64,000 nucleotides of DNA from Alphaproteobacteria bacterium. GTDB lineage: Bacteria > Pseudomonadota > Alphaproteobacteria > SP197. The notes beneath the pieces were generated by a model. The model saw nothing but the letters and a program-made list of their open reading frames with translations. It ran no database searches and had not been told where the DNA came from. This document shows positions 1-11,040 of this stretch, in pieces (the first letter of the stretch is position 1; every line of letters begins with the position of its first letter). The position numbers were made by a program, and so were the translations under genes. The stretch spans positions 1,120,001 through 1,184,000 of the forward strand of contig OZ219917.1 of the NCBI GenBank assembly GCA_964291415.2. The letters are read 5' to 3'.

Positions 1-671
1 ATGTTTCCTTCCTCGATGACAATGTCGGACGCGTGCTCGCCGCCCTCGAGGCGTCAGGCGAGGCCGACGACACCCTCGTGATCTATGTGTCCGATCACGG
101 CGAAATGCTCGGCAACCACGGCATGTGGGCGAAGATGAACATGTACGAGGAGTCGTCGGCAGTCCCCCTCATCGCCGCCGGACCCGGCATGCCGGCGGGA
201 CGGCGCTCCAACTCGCCGGCCTCCCACATCGACCTTCAGCCCACCATCCTGAAGGCCCACGGACTGGAGAGCGCCAATGGCCTCGATGGCGTCGCCCTGC
301 AGGATCTTGCGGCCGGCGGTCACCATGACCGGGCCGTCCTCTCGGAGTACCACGAGCGCGGCGCCGTCACCGGCATGTTCATGATGCGCTGGCGGAACTG
401 GAAGTACATCGCCTACCCGGGGTACCCGCCGCAGCTCTTCGACATGGTCGACGATCCCATCGAATCCGCCGATCTTGGCCGGCATCCTGCCCATGAAGCC
501 ACGCGAGCTGCCTGCGAGGCGCGCCTCCATGCCATCGTGGACTGCGAAGCGGTCAACCGGCGCTGTTTCGCCGACCAGGCGCGCAAGATCGCCGCGCTCG
601 GCGGCCGCGAGGCGGCCATGGCGGACGGCAATCATGCCTATACGCCCATGCCTGACGTAGCCTTGCAATAG
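1..671 (+). CDS. Sulfatase (choline-sulfatase-like), 5'-truncated by window edge
   Basis: SDHGEMLGNHGMWAKMNMYEES and WKYIAY...QLFD motifs of the sulfatase C-terminal half. Confidence 0.85.
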   Translation, partial: VSFLDDNVGRVLAALEASGEADDTLVIYVSDHGEMLGNHGMWAKMNMYEESSAVPLIAAGPGMPAGRRSNSPASHIDLQPTILKAHGLESANGLDGVALQDLAAGGHHDRAVLSEYHERGAVTGMFMMRWRNWKYIAYPGYPPQLFDMVDDPIESADLGRHPAHEATRAACEARLHAIVDCEAVNRRCFADQARKIAALGGREAAMADGNHAYTPMPDVALQ

Positions 672-689
672 AGCGGGGAGACCGACCTG

Positions 690-1583
690 TCAGGGTGGGC
701 CGTCGTCGATCAGGGATCTCAGCAGTGCGATGTGGCGGGGCAGGGTGCCGCAGCAGCCGCCGACGATGCGGGCGCCACCGGCGAGCCACCGGGCGACGTG
801 GTCGCGGTAGGATTCGGGATCGAGGTCATGGCGGTGGCCCACCGACGTGTTGCCGGGTTGTATCGGAGCGAAGGTGTTGGCGTAGCCGCCGGTCGGACGG
901 CCGGTGGCCATCAGTTCGGGCAGGGCCCGCGTCACCGCCTCCGGTGTGCAGCAGTTGGCGATGAAGGCGCTGACCGGCAGGTCGGCGACACTGCGGGAAG
1001 CCTCCGCGACGCTGGTGCCGTCCTTGAGCGAGGCCTCCCGTTCTTCGTGGAGCGACCAGCCAATCCACACGGGCTTGCCGGTGGCCGCCGCCGCTGCCGC
1101 GGCGGCACGGGTCTCGGCCACCGTGGTCAGTGTTTCGCAGATGAAGAGGTCGACGCCGTCGGCAAGGATGCCCGCCTGTTCGGCATAGCGCTCCGCCAGG
1201 ATCTCGTCGGATTCGACCTCATCGGGGAGGTAGCTGTCCGACAGCGGCGGCAGCGAGCCGGCGATCAGGACGTCGCGATTCTCGGCGTCGACGGCCTGCC
1301 GGGCGAGATCGAGAGCCTTGAGATTGAGTTCGCGGAACCGTTCCTCGATTCCGATCTCCGCCATGAAGGACCGCACGACGCCGTAGGTGTTGGTGATGAT
1401 GAGATCGGCGCCGGCCCGGATGAAATCGCGGTGCAGCCCAAGGACGGCATCGGGCGCCTCGATGAGTGCGCGCCCCGACCAGAAGGGTGAGCCGGGCTGG
1501 CGCAATCCCATGCCGGCAAGGGCTTCCCCCATGCCCCCGTCGGTGAGGATCGGGCGATCATCTTCCATGGCGACGGCAGTCAT
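690..1583 (-). CDS. Homocysteine S-methyltransferase family protein
   Basis: TDGGMG, AGADLIITNTY, GSLPP, ANC and C-terminal GGCCG zinc motif. Confidence 0.9.
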   Translation of the reverse strand: MTAVAMEDDRPILTDGGMGEALAGMGLRQPGSPFWSGRALIEAPDAVLGLHRDFIRAGADLIITNTYGVVRSFMAEIGIEERFRELNLKALDLARQAVDAENRDVLIAGSLPPLSDSYLPDEVESDEILAERYAEQAGILADGVDLFICETLTTVAETRAAAAAAAATGKPVWIGWSLHEEREASLKDGTSVAEASRSVADLPVSAFIANCCTPEAVTRALPELMATGRPTGGYANTFAPIQPGNTSVGHRHDLDPESYRDHVARWLAGGARIVGGCCGTLPRHIALLRSLIDDGPP

Positions 1584-1681
1584 GGCGTTCACTCCATTGA
1601 ATTGCCTGAGCATCTTGCGCCACTATGGCCAAAACCGTTCAAGGTTGCGATCCCTCGAAAGGGATCATCGGGAAGGACATC

Positions 1682-2425
1682 ATGAACCGTTCACCGGTCA
1701 CCTATACATTGTGGCTTGCGAGCGCCAATGCGGCCGCCGTCGAAGCGGCCAGGATCCACGGGTGCCATGGCATCACCCTTGACATGGAGCACGGCGTCTT
1801 CGATCGCAGCGATGTCGACCGGCTGATCCTGCTGGCTCGCGAAGCGGGCCTTCAGTCCTTTGTCCGGGTTGCCGAACCGACGCGCATCGCTGTCCAGAAC
1901 CCGCTCGACTCCGGAGCGACCGGCGTCATCATCCCCCACATCGACAACCTCGAACATGCACGCGAGGTAACGGCCTTCACCAAGTTTCCCCCCATGGGCG
2001 ACCGCAGTGTCGGAGGCGGCAGGACCTTCGGCTACGGTGGTGGCAACGAGGCCTTCTATGCTGCCGAGAACGCCCGTGTGCGCTGCTTTCCCATGGTGGA
2101 GACCGTCGGTGCTCTCGAGGGTGTCGATGCCATACTGGCCCTCGACTGCGTGGACGGGATCTTTCTCGGGCCGGCGGATCTCAACATGGCGCGGGGACGC
2201 AAGGGTGTGTTCGGCGCCGACGACGCGCACGACCGCAGCCACGTTGCCGAAGCGTGCCGCAAGGCAGGCAAGGACTTCGGCATGAACGTCTACACGACCG
2301 GAGACATGGAGGCATCGCGGGAGATCGGCCTCACCTTCGCTGCCCTTTGCGACGACGTTGCGGCCCTGCTCGATGGTTACGGCCGCGTCGTGAGAGATGC
2401 GCGCAGGATCATCGAGGGCGCCTGA
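1682..2425 (+). CDS. HpcH/HpaI aldolase family protein
   Basis: LDMEHG, LDSGATGVIIPHI, KFPPMGDR, MVET, FLGPADL motifs. Confidence 0.9.
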   Translation: MNRSPVTYTLWLASANAAAVEAARIHGCHGITLDMEHGVFDRSDVDRLILLAREAGLQSFVRVAEPTRIAVQNPLDSGATGVIIPHIDNLEHAREVTAFTKFPPMGDRSVGGGRTFGYGGGNEAFYAAENARVRCFPMVETVGALEGVDAILALDCVDGIFLGPADLNMARGRKGVFGADDAHDRSHVAEACRKAGKDFGMNVYTTGDMEASREIGLTFAALCDDVAALLDGYGRVVRDARRIIEGA

Positions 2426-2448
2426 CCGCAGGAGAAGGAGATACGGCC

Positions 2449-3285
2449 ATGGTCACGGGGAGCTGTCTGTGCGGTTCAGTGCGCTGGCGTATCGACGGCC
2501 AGCTCACCAGGATGACCCATTGCCACTGCACCATGTGCCGCAAGGTTCACGGGGCGCCGTTTGCCACCTATGCCGCGGTGGATCCGGAGTCCGTGACCTT
2601 CCTTTCCGGCGAGGACCATACCGGCTTCTTTGAGTCGTCTCCCGGGGGCTATCGCGCCTTTTGTTCCCGGTGCGGGTCGGTGGTGCCGGTTCCCGGCGAT
2701 CCGGAGATGCCGGTGGGTGGCCTTGATGGTGATCCCGGCGCCAGACCCGAAGCGCACATCTTCGCCGCCTTTCAGGCGCCGTGGCACATCATCGCCGATG
2801 ATTTGCCGCGTCACGACATCTGGGACGAAGGCACGGACGGCCCGGTCATCGACATGCCGGCGCGGGCGGCGCCGGAGGCGGATGTCCTTCACGGCAGCTG
2901 CCTTTGCAACGCCATCGCCTACGAGGCGCCGTCGCGTTTCACGCGGGTGCACAACTGTCACTGCTCGCGGTGCCGCAAGGCACGGGCCGCGGCCCACACG
3001 ACCAACGGCTTTCTTGACATCGCCGATTTGCGGTTCACGCGTGGCGAAGACCACCTCAGGATCTGGCACCTGCCGGGTGCGCGATACTTTGCCCAGTCTT
3101 TCTGCGCCCGCTGCGGTTCCGTCATGCCCCGCCATGACCAGGGGCGCATGGTTGCGGTGATTCCCTTCGGTTCTCTGGACAGCGACCCGGGGCGCCGGGC
3201 CGATGATCATGTCTACGTTGGTTCAGGGGCGCCCTGGTACGACTTCTCCGATCACCTCGCACGGTACGACGAGATGCCGCCATGA
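2449..3285 (+). CDS. GFA family protein with two tandem GFA domains
   Basis: Two copies of GSCLC...CHCxxCRK...FCxRCGS; RBS GGAGAAGGAG upstream of ATG 2449. Confidence 0.9.
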   Translation: MVTGSCLCGSVRWRIDGQLTRMTHCHCTMCRKVHGAPFATYAAVDPESVTFLSGEDHTGFFESSPGGYRAFCSRCGSVVPVPGDPEMPVGGLDGDPGARPEAHIFAAFQAPWHIIADDLPRHDIWDEGTDGPVIDMPARAAPEADVLHGSCLCNAIAYEAPSRFTRVHNCHCSRCRKARAAAHTTNGFLDIADLRFTRGEDHLRIWHLPGARYFAQSFCARCGSVMPRHDQGRMVAVIPFGSLDSDPGRRADDHVYVGSGAPWYDFSDHLARYDEMPP

Positions 3286-4832
3286 AGACCGCTGCGCAAA
3301 ACAGCTGGGCGCCGGAGATCGAGCTCAAGTTCGCCGTCTCGCCGGAGGCCGCAGGATCGCTTCTCAACCTGCCGCCACTCGAGAGGGCGCGGGATCTCGG
3401 TGAGCGCTGCATCGATTCACGCTATTTCGACACGGCGGGCGGCCGTCTGCAACGGGACGGCATTGCACTGCGCGTGCGGCGTCACGGCGATTCCTTCGTG
3501 CAGACCGCCAAGATGTTCGATCCGGCCGGACACACCGCGTTTCGCCTCGAACGGGAGGATCCGGTCGCCGGGCCGCGACCATGCGCCGCCCTGCTGCGCC
3601 AGGCCGCCGGTTCAGGTTATGCGGACATTGGCGATGGTGATCTCGTCCCGGCGTTCCGCACCATGATCAACCGCCGGGTTTTGATGCTGGAGGATGAGGG
3701 CAGGGGATCGAGAGTCGAGGTGGCGATCGACAACGGCTTTGTGGAAGCGTCGGGAGCCCGGGAGCCACTGAGCGAGATCGAGCTCGAACTCATGGAAGGC
3801 GGAATCGGCGATCTCTACAGCCTGGCGCTCGGGATGCATCGCCAGACGCCCCTGGCCATCGAGGCCTTCACGAAGTCCCAGCGCGGCTATGCCCTCGGCG
3901 GTGGGCTGCCGCCGGCCTGGAGCAAGGTCGGCGCCTTCGCCCTTGATCCCGGAACGAGTCTCGACGACGCCATCGCCCTGACGATGGGACGCTGCTACGG
4001 GCACTGGATGAACAACCAGGCGGCGGCCCTTGACGGCCGCGATATCGAGGGCGTGCACCAGATGCGTGTGGCCCTGCGCCGGCTGAGAGCCGCTTTGGAG
4101 CTGTTCGCGCCCTGGCTCGACGACGGCAGCCGGGCGCGCTTTGTCGCGGAAGTGAAGTGGATTGCCGCCAGCCTTGCTGCCGTGCGCGATCTCGACGTCT
4201 TGAGCCTGGTCACCCTGGCTCCGCTGCGCGAGGCCTTTCCCGGTGACGATGACCTCGCCCGTCTCGAAGAGTGCATAGGACACCGCAGACAGGAGGCCTG
4301 CCGCCGGCTTGCGCTGACCCTTGGTTCGCCACGTTACACGAGCGCTGTCCTGACGCTGGGCCAGTGGATCGTTGAGCGCGGCTGGTGTGCCGGAGTTCCG
4401 GTTCTTGATGACCCGGCAAAGGCCCATGTCAGCGGGGCCTTGAGCCACGTCTATACGCAGGTCCTCTCCGACGGCGAGGGTTTCGATAGCCTGAATGCCG
4501 TCACGCGTCATCAGCTCCGCCTGCGCATCAAGCGCCTGCGCTATGCCATCCAGTTTGTCGGCCCGGTCTTCCAGGGCACGGAGCCCTGGCTCCAGGCGCT
4601 CTCTGCTCTGCAGGATGCGCTGGGCGCGGCCAACGATGCGGTCGTGGCCAACGACCTGATCAGGTGCTGTACCAGGTCGGCTTCCGGCAAGCGCTCCCTT
4701 GCCCGCGCCAGGGGCCTCGTTGCCGGCTGGTGGGCGGCACGGAGCGGACACCTCGAAAGCGATGCGAGGGCCAGATGGCGCGCGTTCACGGAGCTCGAGC
4801 CGTTCTGGAAAACCGTCCCGGATCGCCCTTGA
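3282..4832 (+). CDS. CYTH + CHAD domain protein (triphosphatase-like)
   Basis: EIELKF, YFDT, ALRVR, EIELEL (CYTH); VHQMRVALRRLR, HQLRLRIKRLRY, LQDALG..ND (CHAD). Confidence 0.9.
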   Translation: MKTAAQNSWAPEIELKFAVSPEAAGSLLNLPPLERARDLGERCIDSRYFDTAGGRLQRDGIALRVRRHGDSFVQTAKMFDPAGHTAFRLEREDPVAGPRPCAALLRQAAGSGYADIGDGDLVPAFRTMINRRVLMLEDEGRGSRVEVAIDNGFVEASGAREPLSEIELELMEGGIGDLYSLALGMHRQTPLAIEAFTKSQRGYALGGGLPPAWSKVGAFALDPGTSLDDAIALTMGRCYGHWMNNQAAALDGRDIEGVHQMRVALRRLRAALELFAPWLDDGSRARFVAEVKWIAASLAAVRDLDVLSLVTLAPLREAFPGDDDLARLEECIGHRRQEACRRLALTLGSPRYTSAVLTLGQWIVERGWCAGVPVLDDPAKAHVSGALSHVYTQVLSDGEGFDSLNAVTRHQLRLRIKRLRYAIQFVGPVFQGTEPWLQALSALQDALGAANDAVVANDLIRCCTRSASGKRSLARARGLVAGWWAARSGHLESDARARWRAFTELEPFWKTVPDRP

Positions 4833-6711
4833 GTGCAGGTGCAAATCTCAACGTGCCACGGCGCCACGTGACGCCCGTGTGATCCAGGTATTCCAGCAAG
4901 TCCACCGCATGATTGCGCCCGATACCCAGGGCGTCTCGAAGATCGCCCACGCCGACGCCATCCGGGTTCTCCCGCAGAAGGTCATGCACGGCGGACTCCG
5001 CCTCGGCGACCTGCCGCGGCGTGAGATAACGGTTGCGCGCGATTCTCACCACAAGGCCAAAGGCGGCCATCCGTTCAAGAAACCGGCGCAGGTCGTCCGG
5101 CGTCGTGTCCAGGGTGGCGGCAAGGGGGTGAAGCGATGGCGGCGAGCCCGACGCGACCTCGATGGCCGCCTCGGCCCTGGTCCACAGGGCCCGGTCCCTT
5201 GCTGCCGGTTCCACCTTGCGTCCCGGACGGTGGACCACGACCCCGCGCCGCATCAGGGCGCCGTTGCGGCAGAGGTCGTCGATGACCGCGCCCACGAGAA
5301 CGGAATCGGCGGATCCGGGAACCCGCCCCTGGAGTTCCCGGGCCTCAGGCCCAAGCCGGTCCTGCCGGCGTGCGTGATCACCGTCGACGACGTCGAGCAC
5401 GTGGGTGGCGAGTTCGTTCCAGCGACGCTCGTCGATCACGTGTTCGCGACCGTTCCGGGTGAACCGGCGTACATGTCCGGGAAGCGGGCAGGCACCGGGT
5501 TTCAGATTGCGTGACGAGAAAAAGGCCGCCGGATCGAACCCGGTGGCCGCGACGTCGACAAGGGCGCCCAGCGCTTCTTCGTGATCGTTGCGATCGACTG
5601 CTCTCAGGCGTGCCAGGCGTTCGGGGCGGGCCCGCCCCCTTGCCGGTCCTGCGGCGTCGAGCACCCGCGCTCCGCCGATTGTCCGCCTCGCCGAAATGTC
5701 ACGCAGGAGAAGGCGGTCGTTCCAGGCCGGCACCAGCGGCCCGTCGAGGCGCAGTTGCGCCAGCCCGCTGCCGCCCGGGGCAATCGCGGAATCCTCGAGA
5801 AGGGCGATGCGCCCGGTCACATGACCGGTTCCGTGGTGAACATGCACGGCCTGCCAATGGTTGAACGCACTGCGTTCGCTTTCCAGGATCGTCACCATCG
5901 CGTCGACCCGGTGCGAAGGCGCCAGGATGTCCGGCGTCACGATCCAGTCCCCGCGACGGACATCGTTGCGGCCGAGGCCGGCGAGATTGATGGACGCCCG
6001 TTCGCCGGTGACGGCCTGTTCTGCCGGGCGGGCCTGGCCGTGAAGGGCCCGTGCCCGCGTGCCGAGTCCTGCAGGCAGCACGGTGAGGGAGTCGCCGGTG
6101 TGCACGTCCCCTGCGCAGACAGTTCCGGTCACCACCAGCCCGGCCCCCTTCATGATGAAGGATCTGTCGACAGCGAGCCTGAAACCGCCTTCCGGTGATG
6201 GTTCTGGCACGGCCCGTGCAGCCCGTCCGAGGTGACGGCGCAGTACGGTGAGGCCTCTCTGGTCGGACACGGACGTGGCAATCATGGCCCTGACATCGAT
6301 GCCGTGATCGCGCGCCAGCGCTTCAGCCGCAAGGGCGGTGCGCTCGATCCGTTCATCAGCGGCGCGGTCGGCCTTGGTGATGGCGATCACCATTTGCCGA
6401 ACGCCGAGAAGGGAGAGCACAGCCACATGCTCGACCGTCTGCGGCATGATTCCGTCGTCGGCCGCGACAGCAAGAAGACCGAGGTCCACCCGGGAGAGTC
6501 CGGCCACCATGTTCCGCACGAATCGCTCATGGCCCGGTACGTCGATGAAGCCGACGCGCCGCCCGCACGGCAGATCGAGCCAAGCGTATCCCAGGTCGAT
6601 GGTGAGACCGCGCCGCTTTTCTTCCGCCAGCCGGTCGGTGTCGACGCCGGTCAATGCTGCCACCAGCGACGTCTTGCCGTGGTCCACGTGACCGGCCGTG
6701 GCGATGATCAT
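4786..6711 (-). CDS. selB: Selenocysteine-specific elongation factor
   Basis: [33 protein letters not shown]-terminal winged helix [13 protein letters not shown]. Confidence 0.95.
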   Translation of the reverse strand: MIIATAGHVDHGKTSLVAALTGVDTDRLAEEKRRGLTIDLGYAWLDLPCGRRVGFIDVPGHERFVRNMVAGLSRVDLGLLAVAADDGIMPQTVEHVAVLSLLGVRQMVIAITKADRAADERIERTALAAEALARDHGIDVRAMIATSVSDQRGLTVLRRHLGRAARAVPEPSPEGGFRLAVDRSFIMKGAGLVVTGTVCAGDVHTGDSLTVLPAGLGTRARALHGQARPAEQAVTGERASINLAGLGRNDVRRGDWIVTPDILAPSHRVDAMVTILESERSAFNHWQAVHVHHGTGHVTGRIALLEDSAIAPGGSGLAQLRLDGPLVPAWNDRLLLRDISARRTIGGARVLDAAGPARGRARPERLARLRAVDRNDHEEALGALVDVAATGFDPAAFFSSRNLKPGACPLPGHVRRFTRNGREHVIDERRWNELATHVLDVVDGDHARRQDRLGPEARELQGRVPGSADSVLVGAVIDDLCRNGALMRRGVVVHRPGRKVEPAARDRALWTRAEAAIEVASGSPPSLHPLAATLDTTPDDLRRFLERMAAFGLVVRIARNRYLTPRQVAEAESAVHDLLRENPDGVGVGDLRDALGIGRNHAVDLLEYLDHTGVTWRRGTLRFAPALKGDPGRFSRTARAP

Positions 6712-8087
6712 GGACGTTCCAGATCCCGCAATCCCGCGCGGAACGTGTCCTTGTCGTCGAGGCAGCGCAGGTCAAGGAAGAGGGTGCGGCCCCTGATGGA
6801 TCCGATGACGGGACGCGGCAGTCGGCGCAGGGCGGCCGCAAGCTCACGCAGGTTCCGATCCGAACTGCGCCTGGAGACTGCCGGACGGATGGCCAAGCCG
6901 GCACTGGCGAGGGTGGTGACAGGCTGTGCCCCGCTGCCGATCTGGCTTTCCAGGGGAACCACCTCGGTCGTGAAGTCGGGCGCCAGGGCACTGGCGAGAT
7001 CACTCTCGAGGTCCCTCGCATCGCGCGCGATGTCCGCAGCGGATCGTGTCAGCAGGCTCAAGCCCGGAAGCGTCCGGTGCAGGCTGTCGGGATCCTCGTA
7101 GAGAGCCAGCGTCGCATCGAGTGCCGCCAGCGTCATCTTGTCGGGACGCATCGCCCGCATCATCGGGTTGGCCGCCATGCGGCGGACAAGATCGGCGCGC
7201 CCGACAACGATGCCGGCCTGGGGGCCTCCCAGTAGCTTGTCACCGCTGAATGTCACGAGATCCGCCCCATGTGCCACGACCTCGGCCACCACCGGCTCCC
7301 TCGGCAGACCCCAGCGGCTGAAGTCGACCAGCGCTCCACTGCCCAGGTCGACGGCGAAGGGCACGCCATGGGCCCTGGCGAGGCGCGCGAGCTCGGTTTC
7401 CTCCACTGCCGATGTGAACCCCTTGATGACGTAGTTGCTCGTGTGGACCTTGAGCAACAGGCCGGTCCCCGGGCCGAGCGCTTCCTCGTAGTCGGCAAGG
7501 TGCGTTCGGTTCGTGGCCCCCACCTCGACCAGCCGGGCGCCGGCCCTTGCCATGATGGCCGGCATGCGAAAGGCGCCGCCGATCTCCACCAGCTCGCCCC
7601 GGGAGACGGGAACCTGGCGCCTCAGGGCCAGGGTGTTGAGAAGCAGCATGACGGCGGCTGCATTATTGTTCACGACAAGGGCGCTCTCGGCCCCAGTCAG
7701 GCGTTGAAGACGGAGTCCGACGTCGCCTCCACGGTTTCCCCGGCGGCCGCTTGCGAGATCGTATTCCAGCGCTGAAGCGCCCGAAGCGACACGCATCATC
7801 GCTTCGATGGCCGGGGCCGCCAGAGGTGCGCGTCCGAGATTGGTGTGAAGGACCGTGCCGGTGAGATTGAAGACCCGGCGCGGACCCGATTCCATGCGTG
7901 ACCGGCAGAAGGCCTCGACGAGGGCAGGGCCTTTGCCGGTCGACCAGTCGAGGTCGGCATGGCGGCGGACGATGTCGCGCACGGCGTCCTTCACCAGGCG
8001 CCGCCCGAAGGCATCCTGAACGCCGGCCATGGCCGGCATTCCCAGTATCGTGTCCACACTCGGCGGGCGTCGGGCGGCATCCACCAT
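6708..8087 (-). CDS. selA: L-seryl-tRNA(Sec) selenium transferase
   Basis: VFNLTGTVLHTNLGRAPL, VVNNNAAAV, SRGELVEIGG, FSGDKLLGGPQAG; RBS GAGGAG before ATG 8087. Confidence 0.95.
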   Translation of the reverse strand: MVDAARRPPSVDTILGMPAMAGVQDAFGRRLVKDAVRDIVRRHADLDWSTGKGPALVEAFCRSRMESGPRRVFNLTGTVLHTNLGRAPLAAPAIEAMMRVASGASALEYDLASGRRGNRGGDVGLRLQRLTGAESALVVNNNAAAVMLLLNTLALRRQVPVSRGELVEIGGAFRMPAIMARAGARLVEVGATNRTHLADYEEALGPGTGLLLKVHTSNYVIKGFTSAVEETELARLARAHGVPFAVDLGSGALVDFSRWGLPREPVVAEVVAHGADLVTFSGDKLLGGPQAGIVVGRADLVRRMAANPMMRAMRPDKMTLAALDATLALYEDPDSLHRTLPGLSLLTRSAADIARDARDLESDLASALAPDFTTEVVPLESQIGSGAQPVTTLASAGLAIRPAVSRRSSDRNLRELAAALRRLPRPVIGSIRGRTLFLDLRCLDDKDTFRAGLRDLERP

Positions 8088-8162
8088 CGCCGCTCTCCTC
8101 CGGGGGTTGAACGGCGTCATGCTAACTGGTTTGACCCGACGATGCAGGGTACGTTCGCCGCC

Positions 8163-10259
8163 ATGACGGAACACCGCCTGCGCCCCCTTCTCGAACCGCG
8201 CTCCATCGCCCTGGTGGGCGCCTCGGCGCGTCCTGATTCGTTCGGCTATGCCACGTTGCGCAACCTCGCCAGCCCGCACTACAGGGGCAGGATTCATGCG
8301 GTCAATCCGCGCTACGACAGGATTGACGACATCGACTGCTATCCCTCGCTCGGCGATGTTCCGGGAGGTGTCGAGCATGCCGTTCTCTCGGTCGCGAACG
8401 CCCGCATCGAGGCGGCCCTCGTCGATGCGGTCGAGGCAGGCGTCCGTTCCGTAACCATCTTCGGCAGCGCCTATCTCGAGGGAGACACGGCCGGATCGAA
8501 TCTCAAGGATCGCCTGCAGGGGATCGCGAAAGAGGCGGGACTTCTCGTCATCGGCGCCAACTGCATGGGATACGTGAACTACTCGATCGGAGCCCGGGTC
8601 ACGTGGATGAACGTGCCGGAAGACGGCTGGTTCGATCCGGGTCACATCACCCTCATCAGCCATTCGGGCACCTGCTTTCTCACACTGCAGTTCGTCGATC
8701 CGAGACATCGCCACAACCTGTGTATCTCGGCGGGTCAGGAACTTACGGTGACAGCGGCCGATTACATCGATTACGCGCTCGACAAGGAGAGTACGCGGGT
8801 CATCGCGCTCTTCCTCGAGACGGTGCGCGATCCCGACTCCTTCCGGGCGGCCCTCGACAGGGCGGCCAGGGCGGACGTTCCGGTGGTGGCGATCAAGGTG
8901 GGCCGGACCGACCGCAGCGCCGAACTGGCGCGCAGTCATTCCGGGGCGCTCGCCGGAAACGATGCCGCCTACGAAGCGGTCTTCGACCACTACGGCGTGC
9001 TGCGGGTCGATACCTGGAATGAACTCGCCGCCGCCAGCCGCCTCTTCGCGCACCACAAGGAGATCGCTCCGGGGGGCCTCTCAGGCATCATGGATTCGGG
9101 CGGCGCCCGCGGCATGCTGCTCGATCTTGCCGCAAGGATGGACGTTCCCTTCGCCGAAATCGGCGACGACACGGTGAAGACGCTCTCCGGCCTCCTGGAG
9201 TACGGCCTTGAACCGGTGAATCCGACAGACGTATGGGGCTCGGGCCGGGACTGGCAGGATGTCTACACGGGCTCCATGACGGCGCTCGCCGATGACCCGG
9301 CGTCGGCCATGACGGGAATCTTCGCGGACCTCGGGGGCCTTGAAACCGGCGGTTCCATCTACCTCGAACTCTGCGAGAAGATCGAGCGGGAGACGGCGAA
9401 GCCTGTCTTCTTCTGCCAGCACTGGAGCCGGGCCATGGATCCGGAGATGACGAGGAGGACGGCGGCGAGCCCGGTTCTCGTCATCGACGGCACCGAGACC
9501 TTCCTCGCCGCGGTCCGCCTTGCCATGCAGAGGAGGGACCGGGTGGATGATTCTCCTGGCGACATGGCGCCCCTCCCCGGCGAGCCGGTGATCGAGCGCT
9601 GGCGCCGACGCCTTGCCGGGGCCGAGGCGCTCGATGAAAACGAGGGTCTCGCTCTCCTCGAAAGCTTCGGCATCGACGCGCCGGCGAGGCGGATGGTGGC
9701 ATCGGCTGACGGGTGCGCCGCCGCGGCGGCCGAGATCGGCTGGCCCGTGGTTCTCAAGACGGCCACCGCTGGCGTGCTGCACAAGACCGATGTCTCCGGC
9801 GTCATCCTCGCAATCGACAACGAAGACGATGCCGTCCGGGGTTGGCATGACCTCGCGGGAAGGCTGGGACCGCGGGTGCTGATGGAGGCGATGGCTCCCC
9901 GCGGCGTGGAAATGGCGGCGGGCATCGTCATCGACAACCAGTTCGGGCCCCTGGTCATGATTGCCGCGGGAGGGATCCTGATCGAGACGCACGCGGACCG
10001 CAGGTTCCTTCTTCCTCCCGCAGGGCGGGCGAGCGCGCGCCGCGCCATCGATCAGCTCGCCTGCCGGCCACTCCTCGATGGCACAAGAGGCGGCGAGGCC
10101 GCGGACGTGGACGCCCTCATCGACGCCGTCGCCCGGCTCTCCGTCATCGCCACCACCCTGGGAGACTGCCTTGGCGAACTCGACATCAATCCCCTCATCG
10201 TCCACCCACAGGGTTGCCAGGCGGTCGACGCCCTCGTCATCCCGCGCACCCGTCCCTGA
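8163..10259 (+). CDS. Acetate/acyl-CoA ligase (ADP-forming) family protein
   Basis: PRSIALVGAS, GANCMG, SHSGALAG, HKTDVSGV ATP-grasp, ELDINPL. Confidence 0.9.
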   Translation: MTEHRLRPLLEPRSIALVGASARPDSFGYATLRNLASPHYRGRIHAVNPRYDRIDDIDCYPSLGDVPGGVEHAVLSVANARIEAALVDAVEAGVRSVTIFGSAYLEGDTAGSNLKDRLQGIAKEAGLLVIGANCMGYVNYSIGARVTWMNVPEDGWFDPGHITLISHSGTCFLTLQFVDPRHRHNLCISAGQELTVTAADYIDYALDKESTRVIALFLETVRDPDSFRAALDRAARADVPVVAIKVGRTDRSAELARSHSGALAGNDAAYEAVFDHYGVLRVDTWNELAAASRLFAHHKEIAPGGLSGIMDSGGARGMLLDLAARMDVPFAEIGDDTVKTLSGLLEYGLEPVNPTDVWGSGRDWQDVYTGSMTALADDPASAMTGIFADLGGLETGGSIYLELCEKIERETAKPVFFCQHWSRAMDPEMTRRTAASPVLVIDGTETFLAAVRLAMQRRDRVDDSPGDMAPLPGEPVIERWRRRLAGAEALDENEGLALLESFGIDAPARRMVASADGCAAAAAEIGWPVVLKTATAGVLHKTDVSGVILAIDNEDDAVRGWHDLAGRLGPRVLMEAMAPRGVEMAAGIVIDNQFGPLVMIAAGGILIETHADRRFLLPPAGRASARRAIDQLACRPLLDGTRGGEAADVDALIDAVARLSVIATTLGDCLGELDINPLIVHPQGCQAVDALVIPRTRP

Positions 10260-10380
10260 TCATCGGAACCATTGGGTAGGGCTGGCATCAGACGGGAGAG
10301 ACCATGCAGAGCGCTGCGGTTTGCGCAATCGATCACAGACGACGGCAGTCGCCCCGGACACCAGGCAAGAATGACATCTC

Positions 10381-10409
10381 GACATCATCATTGAGACCAT
10401 CATGATGTC
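10381..10409. promoter_or_regulatory. Inverted repeat upstream of antitoxin, putative TA operator
   Basis: GACATCAT...ATGATGTC just before the antitoxin ATG. Confidence 0.5.
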
Positions 10410-10413
10410 ATCC

Positions 10414-10674
10414 ATGCGAACCACACTGACCGTTGACCCGGATGTCGAGCAGCTCCTGCAACAGGAGATGCGGCGCACGAACAAGAGCATGAATGCTGTC
10501 GTGAACGATGCGTTGCGCATCGGTCTCGGGATGCGGAGCACATCGCCCCGGGTGCCTCCATTCGAGGTGGAGTCCCATGCCTTCGGCTTCAAGCCCGGAT
10601 ACGATTCCGACCGGCTCAATCAGCTGGTTGACGAGATGGAGGCGAACGAGTTCGCGCGAAAGCCGGTTCGATGA
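10414..10674 (+). CDS. VapB-like ribbon-helix-helix antitoxin
   Basis: MRTTLTVDPDV...VVNDALRIGL...LNQLVDEME; ATGA overlap with a PIN toxin remnant. Confidence 0.8.
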   Translation: MRTTLTVDPDVEQLLQQEMRRTNKSMNAVVNDALRIGLGMRSTSPRVPPFEVESHAFGFKPGYDSDRLNQLVDEMEANEFARKPVR

Positions 10675-11020
10675 TCGTTCGCGACGTCACTCTTCTGATG
10701 CATGTCTTCAACTTGTGGTCCCACCAGCACGAAGCGTGGAGAACGCGATAGGAACACTTGGTGATTCGGCGTCGGCACCGTCGACCTTCCCTGAATCGTG
10801 ATCCTGGGGTTCATCCGCTTCTCAACCCATCCCGGGGCACTCGTCAGGCCGCTGCCTGCTCCCGTGTTTCCGGCCCCCGGTTTCCGCCGGACTTCGACCA
10901 GGTGCTACCGCGGTCTGCCGACACGGATCCCCCTGCGCCGCAGGAAGATGGATTGACCGGGATCGGATGCGTTTGCCAGCGCCGGGCGTTGAGACTACTG
11001 TCGACCGTGAACCCGTCGAG
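10671..11020 (+). pseudogene. VapC/PIN toxin remnant
   Basis: MIVRDVTLLMHVFN..HQHE then LP*IVILGFIRFSTHP..RPL; stop at 10792 where Trp is expected, plus frameshifts; end approximate. Confidence 0.7.
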
Positions 11021-11040
11021 GGCGGCACGGGACTCAAACG

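Noticed and set aside
4786-8087. selC tRNA, selD or a selenoprotein near selA/selB
   Set aside because: No tRNA-Sec-like sequence or convincing in-frame UGA at a Cys position seen; the TGAs at 10792 and near 11184 are better explained as decay or frameshift
8088-9056. 782-aa SelA with long N-terminal extension
   Set aside because: Extension is antisense to the acyl-CoA ligase; real start at 8087 has an RBS
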